Assembly: GCF_006345805.1 (NCBI RefSeq)
Contig: NC_043021.1
Coordinates: 3,658,001-3,722,000, forward strand
Direction: 5' to 3'
DNA from: Octopus sinensis
Taxonomy: Eukaryota
DNA length: 64,000 nucleotides
A model generated the notes under the pieces. That model ran no database searches, had not been told where the DNA came from, and saw only the letters and a program-made list of their open reading frames with translations. Position numbers and translations under genes: made by a program. The stretch's first letter is position 1, and each line of letters starts with the position of its first letter. Positions 26,661 through 39,392 of the stretch are shown here, in pieces.

Positions 26661-27057
26661 AATATATACAAATAACAAATTATCAGAAATGGATACTAGA
26701 TTATCTGGGCAAAACACTTTATTCACTGGATTCTTTTCTTTTTAGAGTTGAGTTCCATTATTGGAGTGATATTAATTTTCATCTAGATTGACACACTAAT
26801 TTGCTTCAACTATTTTTTTCCCCAATAACATGCCATAAATCTTAATTTATGAGACACCCAAGTTTCAAATATCATGACACCTTTGAATATTTTCTTTTAA
26901 TATTTTTTATGGCATTTATTACATCAATGCTTTATTTCATCAAGATTACTCTTGTAAATTTTACATTGCAGTTGTGTTTAGCAACATAAGGAACAATACT
27001 AAGGTGTTATAACATACTTGTTAACAAAAAAAAAAAAGATAAAATAAAATAACAGCA

Positions 27058-27479
27058 TAGGCGCAGGAGTGGCTGTGTGGTAAGTAGCTTGCTAACCAAC
27101 CACATGGTTCCGGTTTCAGTCCCACTGCGTGGCATCTTGGGCAAGTGTCTTCTGCTATAGCCCCGGGCCGACCAATGCCCTGTGAGTGGATTTGGTAGAC
27201 GGAAACTGAAAGAAGCTCGTCGTATATATGTGTAGATATATATATATGTATGTGTGTGTATGTGTTTGTGTGTCTGTCCTCCTAGCATTGCTTGACAACC
27301 GATGCTGGTGTGTTTACGTCCCCGTCACTTAGCAGTTCGGCAAAAGAGACCGATAGAATAAGTACTGGGCTTGCAAAAGAATAAGTCCCGGGGTCGATTT
27401 GCTCGACTAAAAGACGGTGCTCCTGCATGGCCGCAGTCAAATGACTGAAACAAGTAAAAGAGTAAAAAGAGTAAAGAGT
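27058..27479 (+). mobile_element. SINE-A, full length
   Basis: Same structure as the other SINE-A copies. Confidence 0.9.
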
Positions 27480-27884
27480 TACCAAATGGAGACTGATTAA
27501 AGAAGGTGTTTCCAGGAGAATAGAGTGGTAACTATCACTGTTGACATCTTAGTAAGTGTTGAATTGGTATCGACAGGAGGGACTTGCATTGACTTAAAAA
27601 CTAATACTGACTTGACACAGGATTGAGAAAATGAATAGTCGATCTACATGACCCCAGATTGCAAACATGGAGAACAATGGAAGGAAAGAACGATGCCAAA
27701 GGGACAGAAATAGTTTAACATGACAATTTGATGAAAATACTGGGTTTATAGAAAGGACCAAGTACTTAATTTCAATATTTCTAGCACCTAGTAAATCTAA
27801 GAGTCATCATTTCATTGATAAGCTGCTACTCCATCTCGGGTTACTCTCCTTGATGGTGCGATAATTTCTGAGGGATTGCTAATT

Positions 27885-28085
27885 GGGAGTTGTCTATCGG
27901 AAAGAAGTTTCTTGCTCTGATAAAAACATTGTTGTAGGACATTGTTGTAGAGCTGAAAACGAGGTAATTTCTACTCTTCTCCTCTGGAAGCCATCTACTT
28001 GCAATACCAGAGAGTGCACACTCTCCTACCCTGATGTAATCTCCAGAGATACAGGAACACAACAAAATGCTTCAAGCAAGTTTGA
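27885..28085 (+). mobile_element. RTEX-like LINE 3' fragment
   Basis: VVGHCCRAENEVISTLLLWKPSTCNTRECTLSYPDVISRDTG; same family as 43490-43926. Confidence 0.75.
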
Positions 28086-28273
28086 ACTCACAAACTATGA
28101 CTAAGTCAGCCAGTCCACTTCGTCATTTCACCTATGGTGGCAATAGCAAATTATTTTTGAACTCTTAGCCTTCACCTCACCAGTCCAGCACCCATACTAA
28201 TTTTTTTTTTTTTTTTACATCTTATCACTTTTTCAACACAAATTTTTACACCTTTACAAGTCTTTTTGTTATT

Positions 28274-28540
28274 ACTCTTTTACTCTCTTTTACTTGTCAT
28301 TTGACTTTTACTCTCTTTTACTTGTCATTTACAGTCATTTGACTGCGGCCATGCTGGAGCACCGCCTTTAGTCGAGCAAATCGACCCCAGGACTTATTCT
28401 TTGTACGCCCAGTACTTATTCTATCGGTCTCTTTTGCCGAACCGCTAAGTGACGGGGACGTAAACACACCAGCATCGGTTGTCAAGCAATGCTAGGGGGA
28501 CAAACACAGACACACAAACATATACACACACACATATACA
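28274..28540 (-). mobile_element. SINE-A, tail half
   Basis: Reverse-complement tail up to the internal microsatellite. Confidence 0.85.
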
Positions 28541-29656
28541 TATATTTGTTTTCTTTCTTTTTGCCTTTTCTCTGACTATCTGTCTATCTATTTCCTTACT
28601 GTGCACACTGAGCTTGAAATATCACAGTACTAAGTTACTACTAGTAACCAAACAACAACTATCTTCAGTGGGAACCAAACATAATGCTTGTCAACTTTTG
28701 CCTTTTCAAAATACAACACACCCTTCAGATGAAAAAAAAAGAAGAAAATAACACAAAGAACGTAAAATACAATGATAAATATACCACAGTATGGTTACAG
28801 TTAAATAGAAACTTCTTATAGAAACTATTTTTAGCATCAATGTCATTACACCCCACAGTCTAATTGTAATGAATTAAAAATTAAACTTCAAACTGAGATT
28901 GCATGTGATATATTGATTATTTCCACTTTTGCCTCTGACTAATATGTGGAAACAGGTGGCACCTCTCACTTGAAATGTTTTCTGAAGAAATTTGGATAAG
29001 AAAAAGACTGTTTTGCCCTAACTAGTTTTGCTGAAGATCAGAAAAATATGTTGTGAAACAGAGACAAAGGGAAACTAAAGCTGCTGTGCAGTTGGAGCCA
29101 AAGCCAAATGGTTGGGAGGCGAGCTTCTAAACCACACAGCCACCATTTCCATATATGACAGAAATACTGAAATGTATATTTGGACCAACACTACAGTACC
29201 AACTTCTCCACCACATATTGGTATACATACATATACATGCTAACAGACACACACATACAGAACCAAAATACTGTGAATTTAATTTATTGGAAAAAAAAAC
29301 AAAAGAAACTCTACCTTAAAAATAAAATTCAAAATAAAGAATATAAAACATTAAAAAAAATGGTAATTATTTACCAGGTGCACAGTAGGTGATTAATTTG
29401 AGTGCTGACTTACTAAGCCCAAAGTTCAAGGGTGTGTATACAGGGTGTATACCACACGGTCACAAAAGCCATTTTCTATATTTCGTCTATTTTGTAAAGT
29501 AAATTATTTACAATTTATTGCAATGACTTATAAACAGCTACTATGGTTTGGTAGCTTAAACATTCGTCATATGGTGGGTGAGTGAGTTGTTTGTTATTGT
29601 GGCCAATATGAATAATAAATGAAAAGGCAGTGAGCTGACAAAACTTAGCACTGCAG

Positions 29657-30125
29657 ACAAAACACTTAGCGTCATACCATCCGTCTATGCATTTTAAGGG
29701 GTAAGCTGCCAAAATCCCTAGCACTCTGAACAAAACACTTAGCGTCATACCATCCGTCTATGCATTTTAAGGGGTAAGCTGCCAAAATCCCTAGCACTCT
29801 GGACAAAACACTTAGCATCATATCATCCGTCTATGCATTTTAAGGGGTAAGCTGCCAAAATCCCTAGCACTCTGGACAAAACGCTTAGCATCATGTTGTC
29901 CATCTTTATGTTTTAAGGCAGTGAGCTGGCAGAATCGTCAAGCATGCAGGACAAAATGCTCAGTGGTATTTTGTCCGTCCTCATGCTCTGAGCTCAAATT
30001 CTGCTGAGGTCGACTTTGCCTTTCATTCGTTCAGGATTGATAAAATAAGTACCAGTTGAATACTAGGATTGATGTAATCGTCTTAACCCTCCTCCAAATT
30101 GCTGGCCTTGTGCCAAAATTTGAAA
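29657..30125 (+). mobile_element. SINE type D whose 5' head region is tandemly repeated (73-bp unit, three near-identical copies plus a diverged fourth)
   Basis: ACAAAACACTTAGC starts at 29657, 29730, 29803, 29876; continues into GAGGTCGACTTTGCCTTTCAT...GATAAAATAAGTACCAG body. Confidence 0.75.
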
Positions 30126-30762
30126 CCAATATAAATAATAAGTGAACAGTATGTAACTTCATTGACTACTCCTACCTGCAGTATGCAAGGTTGGGTGGAA
30201 ACCTTGCACAGTACAGGTTGGGTACTGTGCTAAGTACCCTACCTGAAAGCTAAAATGTTTAAATAAACCTAAGAACTTAATTAAGCAACTAAATGCTTTA
30301 TTTAATGAAATAGCTAACAGATGTTTATTTTTAAGTATCGATTTCTTTTGAAGTTCAGGGTTGATTTTAGTATTTAAAAATATCAGTCACAACGGAGGAA
30401 TACAACTGTGAAAAAAAAAGACTCTGAAGAGCCCAAATATATTCCTTGGTCTTATTTTCTGCTAATTATATCAGTTCGTTAATGAATTAGTAGGTGGATG
30501 CCCAATATGAAGTTACACTGAAGATGACTCAAAGAAGGGCAGTAAATCTGCAAAAGAATTGATTCAAGATAGAATTTTTTTCATCCACTCAGAGACAGCA
30601 ATGGTGGCATGGGTAAAATGCATCCAGTCCACATTGTAAGACCTGCACAACAACAAAGCTTGTAGTCTTTGTTGTTTTTTGTGTCAGATGATGAAAACTG
30701 CAGTGAGTAGTGAGGTACTGGGGGACCCATCCAACTTATGCCAGAAAAAAAAAATGGGCATA

Positions 30763-30794
<32 letters not shown>

Positions 30795-31854
30795 AAGTGT
30801 TCAGGAAAGATGTACGTCAAAGAAAGCTTGGGTAATTATAATTAGATTGAACTTTAGAAATGAGCCTTCCATAAAATATGACAAGATGTATAGAGAGACA
30901 CTACGGCAAGAAGTTTGCTCCCCAAACACATGGTTCCAGGTTCAGTCCCACTGCATGGTACCTTGGGAAAGTGTCTAGCCTCAAGTCAAATCAAAGCCTT
31001 GTGAATTTTACATGGCGCCAGCAGCTGTAAAGGACAAGCTCATATGTATGGATGACTGCGATTCTACTTAGCTTGGCACATCTCAAGTACAGCAAATTAC
31101 CACAATTCCTGATCCCTTGTCATTTCCTCAGTGAGGCCAAGTGTCTGAACTTTCCAGTTATACAATACTCTCGCTATATTCTACAATGAGATGCATCTAC
31201 TCATGGTAGCCAAGTGGAATAAGTATTTTGAACACTTGTATCCATGCTGGCCGCAATATTTGAAACATTGCTCATTTGGCTGGTAGTCTGACACCCTACC
31301 GACACAGCCAGCCAGCCAGCTACAGATAAGATAAGATGATAGACAAGAGAATTCCAGTATAAATCCATACAATAAAATATAAATAAGAGTTCTTTAATCA
31401 TTAAAAAAAAAAAAAATGCTAATTTATTTCATTATAAGAACATTTCCAGTAGAGTCTCGAGTTAATTAATAGACGAGGAACAGCAAGTGTATAACACAGA
31501 GTCGTGTCATGCTATGGGATATTGCCAGAACGAAATTGCTTTCCAATGAAGTGTCAACATATAAATCACTGCGGTACGACAAGGTTAAGCATGCTAAACT
31601 TGTATATATTACAGGCATTTGGTTGTTTACTCGACCAAGGTTATTACAACTATTAGGTTGCTCACTTAAGCAAAGTTTACTAACTACTACAGCCAACAGT
31701 TTGTTTACCTGGACAACGCATACATAATTCCGCTCTTTCAAGCCTGCTTGCCTAACGAGTTCTCATTCCACTTTACAGCGGAATGGTTAGCAGCAAAGGT
31801 GGAGCAGACATCTATGAATAACAATTGTTCTAAAAGTAGATAATTGCCAGTGAA

Positions 31855-32170
31855 GCCACGTGGTCTCCTGGTTAGGGTATTTGGCTTACGGTCATAAGAT
31901 CATGAGTTCAATTCCCGTCAATGCGTCGTGTCCTTGAGCAAGACACTTTATTTCACATTGGTCCAGTTCACTCCGCTGGCAAAAATGAGTTGTACCTGTA
32001 ATTCAAAGGGTCAGCCATGTCACTCTCTGTGTCTTGCTGAATATCCCCGAGAACTATGTTAACGGTACACGTGTCCATGGAGTGCTCGGTCACTTGTACA
32101 TTAATTTCAGGAGCAGGCTGTTCCATTGATTGTATCAAGCGGAACACTCATCACTGTAACCAACAAAGAG
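31855..32170 (+). mobile_element. SINE type E (tRNA head, CCTTGAGCAAGACACTT body, tail shared with type B)
   Basis: Tail GTCACTCTCTGTGTC...GAGAACTATGTTAA...GCAGGCTGTTCC matches the tail of 119-502. Confidence 0.75.
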
Positions 32171-32759
32171 CCACTAATATAAATGCAATCATGTGAGACA
32201 GAAAAACGTGCTTGTTGCTTTTTTCTCTTTTTCAGTCTTAGAGCAAGACTGTTATTTGTTAACAAGTGCGGGCATGGCTTTGTGGTTAAGATCTGCTTCT
32301 TATCAAAAAAACTGATCCATGCCAGCATGGAACATGGACATTAAATGACAATGACGACGATAGCTAAAAAAAACCAAAAAAAAACCACAATTGAAAGCAG
32401 TATTATTTTCATAACTGAGTGGGGGTAAGTGGTGGTGGTGGTGGGGGTGGTGGTGATGGTGAAAGGTAGAGGGGTGGTGGTGTTATGCAATAATTAAATA
32501 ATAGAAATAACCAAAAGAATCTCATAAAATAACAACACATACAAACAACCAAACAAAAGCAAGGGAATTAAACAAAAAACTATTAACGAAATCCATCAAC
32601 AATGAATATAGACAAACAATTTTTTTGTCATAGAAATGGCTATCACCTGCCTCAGTTTAGTCAGTGAGAAGTAACAAACAAGGCCAATATATACTAAACA
32701 CTGAAAAACAATGTGTGTATGTGTATACACACACACACACACACACACACATACATAAA

Positions 32760-33150
32760 CAGGGTGGTGTAAAAGTTATGTACCACCCTGATCACGAGAA
32801 AAACCGTTTATGTAAGAGATATGATAATCTTTTATTTACAACAAACATGATCACAAAAATTATTAACTCACAACAAAAAAAATAGCTACAATAATTGTTC
32901 AAACTGATTCCTCTCGCATTCATTACATTTCTGAAGATGGAACCAAAGAGAATTTTGGACATTATTCCTGACTTCACTGTCGTTCTTTGCTCATTGGACT
33001 CATGTTTTCTTTTAATTCTTGGACAAGTTGTACAGAAAACAGACTTAAGGTGCCCCCATAAGAAAACGTCAAGGGGTGTTAGGTCTGGGTATATCAGAGG
33101 CTAAGACATAGGACCTTGTCGATCAATCCATCAATTGGTGAAATTTTGTA
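32760..33150 (-). mobile_element. Tc1/mariner-superfamily transposase C-terminal remnant
   Basis: Minus strand *PLIYPDLTPLDVFLWGHLKS, a decayed WPPRSPDLTPLDFFLWG motif. Confidence 0.7.
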
Positions 33151-33172
33151 CAATGTTGGTAAAGTTATTTCT

Positions 33173-33401
33173 TTAACCCTTTAGCATTCAAACCGGCCAT
33201 ATCCGGCCAAAATATTTAACCTGTTTTATATCGAAACTGACCAGATCTGGCCTCTCACCTCACCCCTACCATGTCGTTCTAAAACTAAAAAAATCACTTC
33301 ACTGAAATCTTTAAACTACAAGATAATGCAGGATTAATTCAAACCATTTTAAATAAACAAACATCACATTTGACAGAATAATCTGAACACTAAAAGGTTA
33401 A
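33173..33401. mobile_element. piggyBac-like MITE, subfamily 2
   Basis: TTAACCCTTTAGCATTC...GAACACTAAAAGGTTAA; homologous to 50605-50828 and 57090-57317. Confidence 0.75.
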
Positions 33402-33590
33402 ACAAGGACAGACAAACGGATTAAGTCGATTACATCAACCCCAGTGCGTAACTGGTACTTAATTTATCGACCCTGAAAGGATGAAAGGCAAAGTCGACCT
33501 TGGCGGAATTTGAACTCAGAACGTAACGGCAGACAAAATACGGCTACGCATTTCGCCTGGCGTGCTAACCATTCTGCCAGCTGGCTGCCT
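33402..33590 (-). mobile_element. SINE type D
   Basis: Reverse complement of 56485-56705 (GAGTTCAAATTCCGCC..GTCGACTTTGCCTTTCATCC). Confidence 0.8.
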
Positions 33591-33727
33591 TACAATGTTG
33601 GTAAGTGCGACAGTGCTCCATCCTGCTGAAACCATGTCTGAGCACTTTCTTCAATGTCAATAAATAAGCATTACATTCGACACGGAAATTTAAAGGCTGA
33701 AGAGTTAAACAAATACAGGATATTAAA

Positions 33728-34101
33728 TACTCTTTACTCTTTTACTTGTTTCAGTCTTTAGTCGAGCAAATCGACCCCGGGACTTATTCTTTGTAAGCCC
33801 AGTACTTATTCTAACGGTCTCTTTTGCCGAACCACTAAGTGACGGGGACGTAAACACACCAGCATCGGTTGTCAAGCAATGCTAGGGGGACAAACACAGA
33901 CACACAAACACACACACACATACATATATATATACATATATACGATAGGCTTCTTTCAGTTTCCGTCTACCAAATCCACTCACAAGGCATTGGTCGGCCC
34001 GGGGCTATAGCAGAAGACACTTGCCCAAGATGCCACGCAGCGGGACTGAACCCAGAACCATGTGGTTGGTTAGCAAGCTACTTACCACACAGCCACTCCT
34101 G
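33728..34101 (-). mobile_element. SINE-A with a ~30-bp deletion in the tail
   Basis: TCAGTC is joined directly to TTTAGTCGAG. Confidence 0.88.
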
Positions 34102-35875
34102 TGGGAATTTTCAGAAAAGATTCTCAATATTGAGGAGGAATGGCAGGGATGGAGTGGCAGATTGGCGGTGGGGATTATAATGTTAGAGGAAATGAAAATA
34201 AAGAAATTTAAAAACTAACAACATTGAAAAAAAACAACAAAAGAAACAGACAGCAAAGTATGAGAACCACAACATTTGTTTGTGGTTTTCTAGCAATGGT
34301 TATTTGTTCTCAAAATCAGATACGTTAATCTCTTGAGTTATTAGGCCATCTGCTCCATCAATTGATAGCAATACCATTAGAACTGGTGAAATGCCAATAA
34401 TTATAGCCCCATCACCATCACCACCATGTTTCCTTGATATGACAAGAGATAGAGAATAGAGAAAACGAGAAGCGGTATTTAGTATTTTCTTGATAGGCAT
34501 ATGGCCAAGTTTCTTGGTAGGAGAGACCTCCAGCATATCACTGGTAATGAATGACAGAGTCAACCCAGATGGAATTTGAACTCTCTGATATAGTTGCTAT
34601 TATTAACTCGTCGAGAATATATATATATCGTTTATTTTTTCATTTCTTTCCTTTCTACCATAGTTACAAGGCCTGAAATTTTGCAGGGGGGGGGTGTTAG
34701 TTGATTACACCAAGTCCAGTGCTCAACTGGTACTTATTTTAATTGACTGTGAAAGGATGAGAAGTGAAGTCAACAACCTCAGTGGAATTTGAACTCAGAA
34801 AGCAAAGATTGATGTAATACTGCTAAGCAGCACTTTGCCAGTTCACAGCTGTCAGATGTTAAAATCAAGAAGATCCATAATCAAAGACATTCCAGTTTGT
34901 GACCATCTCATCTTTTTAGGGGCATAAGGACCTATATTATCCACAGTCTCCTTTCTAATTTTCAAGATGGTAGAGTATTATCTGATGGAAATTTTACTAC
35001 TATTTCAAACTGGTTAAGTGACCACCACCACTGTTGGATCAGTACAGTAATGAAAGCAAGTACCTTAAAATTCCATGTAGAATACACAGATTTGTTTTTT
35101 TTTCACCAATATCAAGATTAAAATTAGGGGTGCTTATTATATTAAAACTTCAAAGTTTTCACCCAACCAATTATATAAAAATGGTTAATTAAACATTATT
35201 TTAATGATATTTTTTTATCATCATGCATGACTGTCAGTGTACTGATCGGAGGAAATAGAAGAGTGCGAACCATATTTAATGTTGTCGTATTTCTGCAATC
35301 TGAATTCTGCCCGAGTTGACCCTGCCTTTCATTGGTCAGAGATCAATAAAATATATACAAAAGGTGAGAATAGGCATGAAAACCAAATTGAAAACAGCAA
35401 GTTTGGCATTTTTTTTTACCAACCTCTCCTCTTCTGAGGATTAAATGCTGATACGTTACTGCACCAACACTAGCATGGTTTCCATGGCTAGATGTCCTTC
35501 TGAACACCAAGTACTTTATAGAGTGTACCGGGTGCATTTACAAAAGCACAAGGACTAGATAGAGGAGGGGTTATCAGTTCCTCAACAAAACTAAGAGGTC
35601 TTCTCAATCTTGGTATTTCCGATCAATCCTTTTGTTCAGCAACCACTTATTAGACGATTATTAGACTGCGGCCATGCTGCAGCACCACCTTGAAGAATTT
35701 TTTTTTAGACAAAACAAATCGATCCCAGTAATTATTTTCGCTTTTTAAGCCTGGCACCTATTCTGTCAGTCTCTATTTGCTGAACTGCTGGATTATGAGG
35801 CCATAAACATACAAACATACTGAGTGTATTGAAGGCTTTCAATATTGGCACCAGTACTAAAAGACAATGTTTTAT

Positions 35876-35921
<46 letters not shown>

Positions 35922-36265
35922 GAAAAGGAGAAAGAGACATACCAAAAAGGGAGGGGGTGGGCAGAAGAGATAGACAAGTTTTAGCAGCAGTAAAATCAGT
36001 CTTACCTACCTACTACTACTACTACTACTACAACAGCCCAAATTACATGGATATCACTGGAGTATAATTAGTAGTGACTTTTAAGGGATAGTTAAACAAT
36101 GACACATACACACGGAAATTATAACACAAAATTTTGTCTGTACATATATGTGTGTGTATCTAGTAAAATACATTCTTTTGATCTAAGAATACACCATATA
36201 CAGTATGTGATGTATTACTAAACCATTCAAAATATTTAAAATGTACTGAATAATGCATGCTTAAG

Positions 36266-36620
36266 TGTGTGTGTGTGTGAGTGAGTGTGTGAGTGAGTGT
36301 GTGAGTGAGTGTGTGAGTGAGTGAGTGAGTGTGAGTGAGTGAGTGTGAGTGAGTGAGTGTGAGTGAGTGAGTGAGTGAGTGAGTGTGAGTGAGTGAGTGT
36401 GAGTGAGTGAGTGTGAGTGAGTGAGTGTGAGTGTGAGTGAGTGAGTGTGTGTGAGTGAGTGTGTGTGAGTGAGTGTGTGTGTGAGTGTGTGTGAGTGAGT
36501 GTGTGTGAGTGAGTGTGTGTGTGAGTGTGAGTGAGTGTGTGTGAGTGAGTGTGTGTGAGTGAGTGTGTGTGAGTGAGTGTGTGTGTGTGAGTGAGTGTGT
36601 GTGTGAGTGTGTGTGTGTGT
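36266..36620. repeat. Compound (GT)n/(GAGT)n microsatellite
   Basis: Directly visible. Confidence 0.95.
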
Positions 36621-36685
36621 GAAACATGATTTTAAGCATGTATAAGCATACAAAACTTTAGATTGGTATTTATCTTGGTTTCGGT

Positions 36686-37062
36686 TATTAGACTGTGGCC
36701 ATGCTGCAGCACCAACATGAAGAATTATTTTAGACAAAACAAATCGATCCCAGTAATTATTTTGGTTTTTTTAAGCCTGGCACCTATTCTATCAGTCTCT
36801 ATTTGCTGAACACCTGGATTATGAGGCCATAAACATACAAACACCAGTTGTCAGGCAGTGGTGAAGAACAAACAGACACAATGACACACACACACACACA
36901 CACACACAATGGGCTTCTTTCAGTTTCTGTCTGCCAAATCTATTCATGAGGCTATGGTCAGCCCAAAGCTATAGTAGAAGACACTTACCCAAGGTGTCAT
37001 ACAGTGGGACTGAACCCAGAACCATGTAGTTGGGAAGCAAGCTTCTTACCACACAGCCACAT
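36686..37062 (-). mobile_element. SINE-A, diverged; its tail is duplicated at 35655-35818
   Basis: Both tails share private sequence (AGACAAAACAAATCGATCCCAGTAATTATTTT; GGATTATGAGGCCATAAACATACAAACA). Confidence 0.75.
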
Positions 37063-37935
37063 CTGTGCTATGGTATCTTCATCATCGTTTAACGTCCGCT
37101 TTCCATGCTAGCATGGGTTGGACGGTTCAACTGGGGTCTGGGAAGCCCGAAGGCTGCACCAGGCCAGTCAGATCTGGCAGTGTTTCTACAGCTGGAAGCC
37201 CTTCCTAACGCCAACCACTCCATTTGTATAAAATGTATATACTTTGTATGCTAAATTTAGACATGCATGTGTGCATTTAAGATGCGCTCCCTTGACCACA
37301 GAATACATCTCAGACAAATGCATACATTGGTGTATAACATAAAACAAGCCATCAAGTGAGTCTCTGAACAAGGGGCTGTTCAACCTGCAAGAAGTAGCAG
37401 CCAAAATCCCCCAAATCAAACCCTGCTGCCTTAAAAAATGTAATGCAACATACATAATACATAAAAAATGCAAAAACATCCCAAAAACTGTAAAATACAA
37501 ACAAGATTAAAAACTTTAATCCCTGTGTGGCTCCATACCAAATGACCCATGATCTGGTGGTTGGGGAGCCCTGCTCTATAGAATAAGATGAAGCAAGATG
37601 TTGAATCTGTGACCTAGTCCCAGTTACTATATCATGCATATTATCAAATTCATTAAAATCTTTAAAAATTTGGTGGTATGGCTTTAAAAAAATCTCAGAA
37701 ATATACTTTCGTCCATGCACATAGAAAACATTGTTATTATTCATACAAATATGAATGAGAGATTTAAAACTATTTTTCACATTCTGTGTTATACTTTGCA
37801 TTGAAGCTTGCCATTTCACACTATTTGTCTCACCCCAGAAAGTAAGTCAATACACTAACAAATACCACTTTGTGACAGAATAGTTTGATAGTGTGAAGGA
37901 GATTTATGTTTAAAAACCACTTAATCTAAATATAT

Positions 37936-37978
<43 letters not shown>

Positions 37979-38439
37979 AAGCTCAACAAGCATGAAAAGT
38001 TAATGTTTAAAAGTTCATATCTTTTTGATGTACAAAAACAAAAATCAGAAACCAAAGAAGAAAAAAAAATCCTAAAAATATTGTGTTTTTTTAGGTCTTA
38101 TTTTTCTCCTTCTCAGCTTGATATTTGCATATGAATCCATGCTGTTTCACTGAGTATATTTCTGACACTTGCCAATGAGCAAGGCTTAATACACAAAGAG
38201 TAAACACGTCTTGCTTGAGCAGTTTGCTGAAATAGATTATATGAGAGACAGGGGGAGACTACTCTGAATGTGGTGGGGAGAGAGGGGGAAAAAGAGGGAG
38301 CAGCTATTAAGGTTGATAGCAATATGGTTGAAAAGGGCCATTGAGAAAAGGTATGAAGGCAAAAAAAGGAGTAGAGCTATATCATCAAAGACAGTCCTTA
38401 AGATGCTGAAGAACCTTGGAGAAATAGAAATACTCAGAT

Positions 38440-38750
38440 AAAGAGTAAAGACCCTCTTTGGTCATGAATGACCATGGGACTGAACGAGAAAGTTACCCTC
38501 CGAGTCCCAAGTCCAGGAAAATATTTTTATGGAAGTCCAGCAGTTGCCCATACATGCTAGCCCCCCCCTCTCCAGAGAAAAGGTAATGGCCAATACGGCT
38601 TGGCACCAGCGATGTCAGAACTCGTTTCTACAGCTGAGTGAACTGGAGCAACTTGAAATAAAACGTCTTGCTCAAGAACACAACACACAGCCCAGTCTGA
38701 GAATCGAACCCACTACCTCGTGGTTATGAGCCCAACACTAACCACAGGTG
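38440..38750 (-). mobile_element. SINE with type E-like head
   Basis: Reverse-complement tRNA-like head GGTTCGATTCTCAG...GTGTTCTTGAGCAAGAC. Confidence 0.6.
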
Positions 38751-39158
38751 GTAGTACAGGGAAACGTTATCCTCAATGAATATGTAGCAGCAGTAGCAGC
38801 ATTATTGACTGCTGCAAGAGAAAGGAATCGATTTAGAAAGGAAGAATTATAGAGTTGTCAAATTGATGGACCAAGTTATGAAAATAGCAGAAAGAATTAT
38901 ATCACAACAAATGAGGAAGACTAGATGGGATGCAGTTTGGAATTGTGCCAAGGTGGTGGGGTGACCAAGTCCCATCCATCCAAACTAGGGAAAACAGATG
39001 TAAGATGATGATGATGATAGTGATTGCACAACAGAGTTTGAATTCATAATATTGTTGCAGTTAATGGTTTATTACTACATAAAATTTACAACTACTATTC
39101 TACATTGAGAGAATAACACAACTTCTGTCCCTGTGAGACCACAAAGGACCCTTTACAT

Positions 39159-39392
39159 CAGTGATTCCCAACCTATTTTCCCCCAGGCCCCACTATAACT
39201 TTCCTGGAAAATATATGAAAATATATGCCCCACCAGTGGCTGAAAAATATGTCTAGGCATGTTCGCTGCAGAAAGGATTTCATAATTCCATGTCCCACTA
39301 TAAAAAAAAGAAAAAAATTTAGGATCCAATGCCCCACAACAATTTTCCCAGACCTCACCAGTGGGGAGTATATGCCATGTTGGGAACCCCTG
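39159..39392. mobile_element. hAT (Charlie-like) MITE with perfect 8-bp TSD
   Basis: TIRs CAGTGATTCCCAAC / GTTGGGAACCCCTG; TSD CTTTACAT at 39151-39158 and 39393-39400. Confidence 0.85.

Noticed and set aside
34300-34563. 87-aa minus-strand ORF in unique sequence
   Set aside because: No domain similarity or convincing splice signals; length within chance expectation
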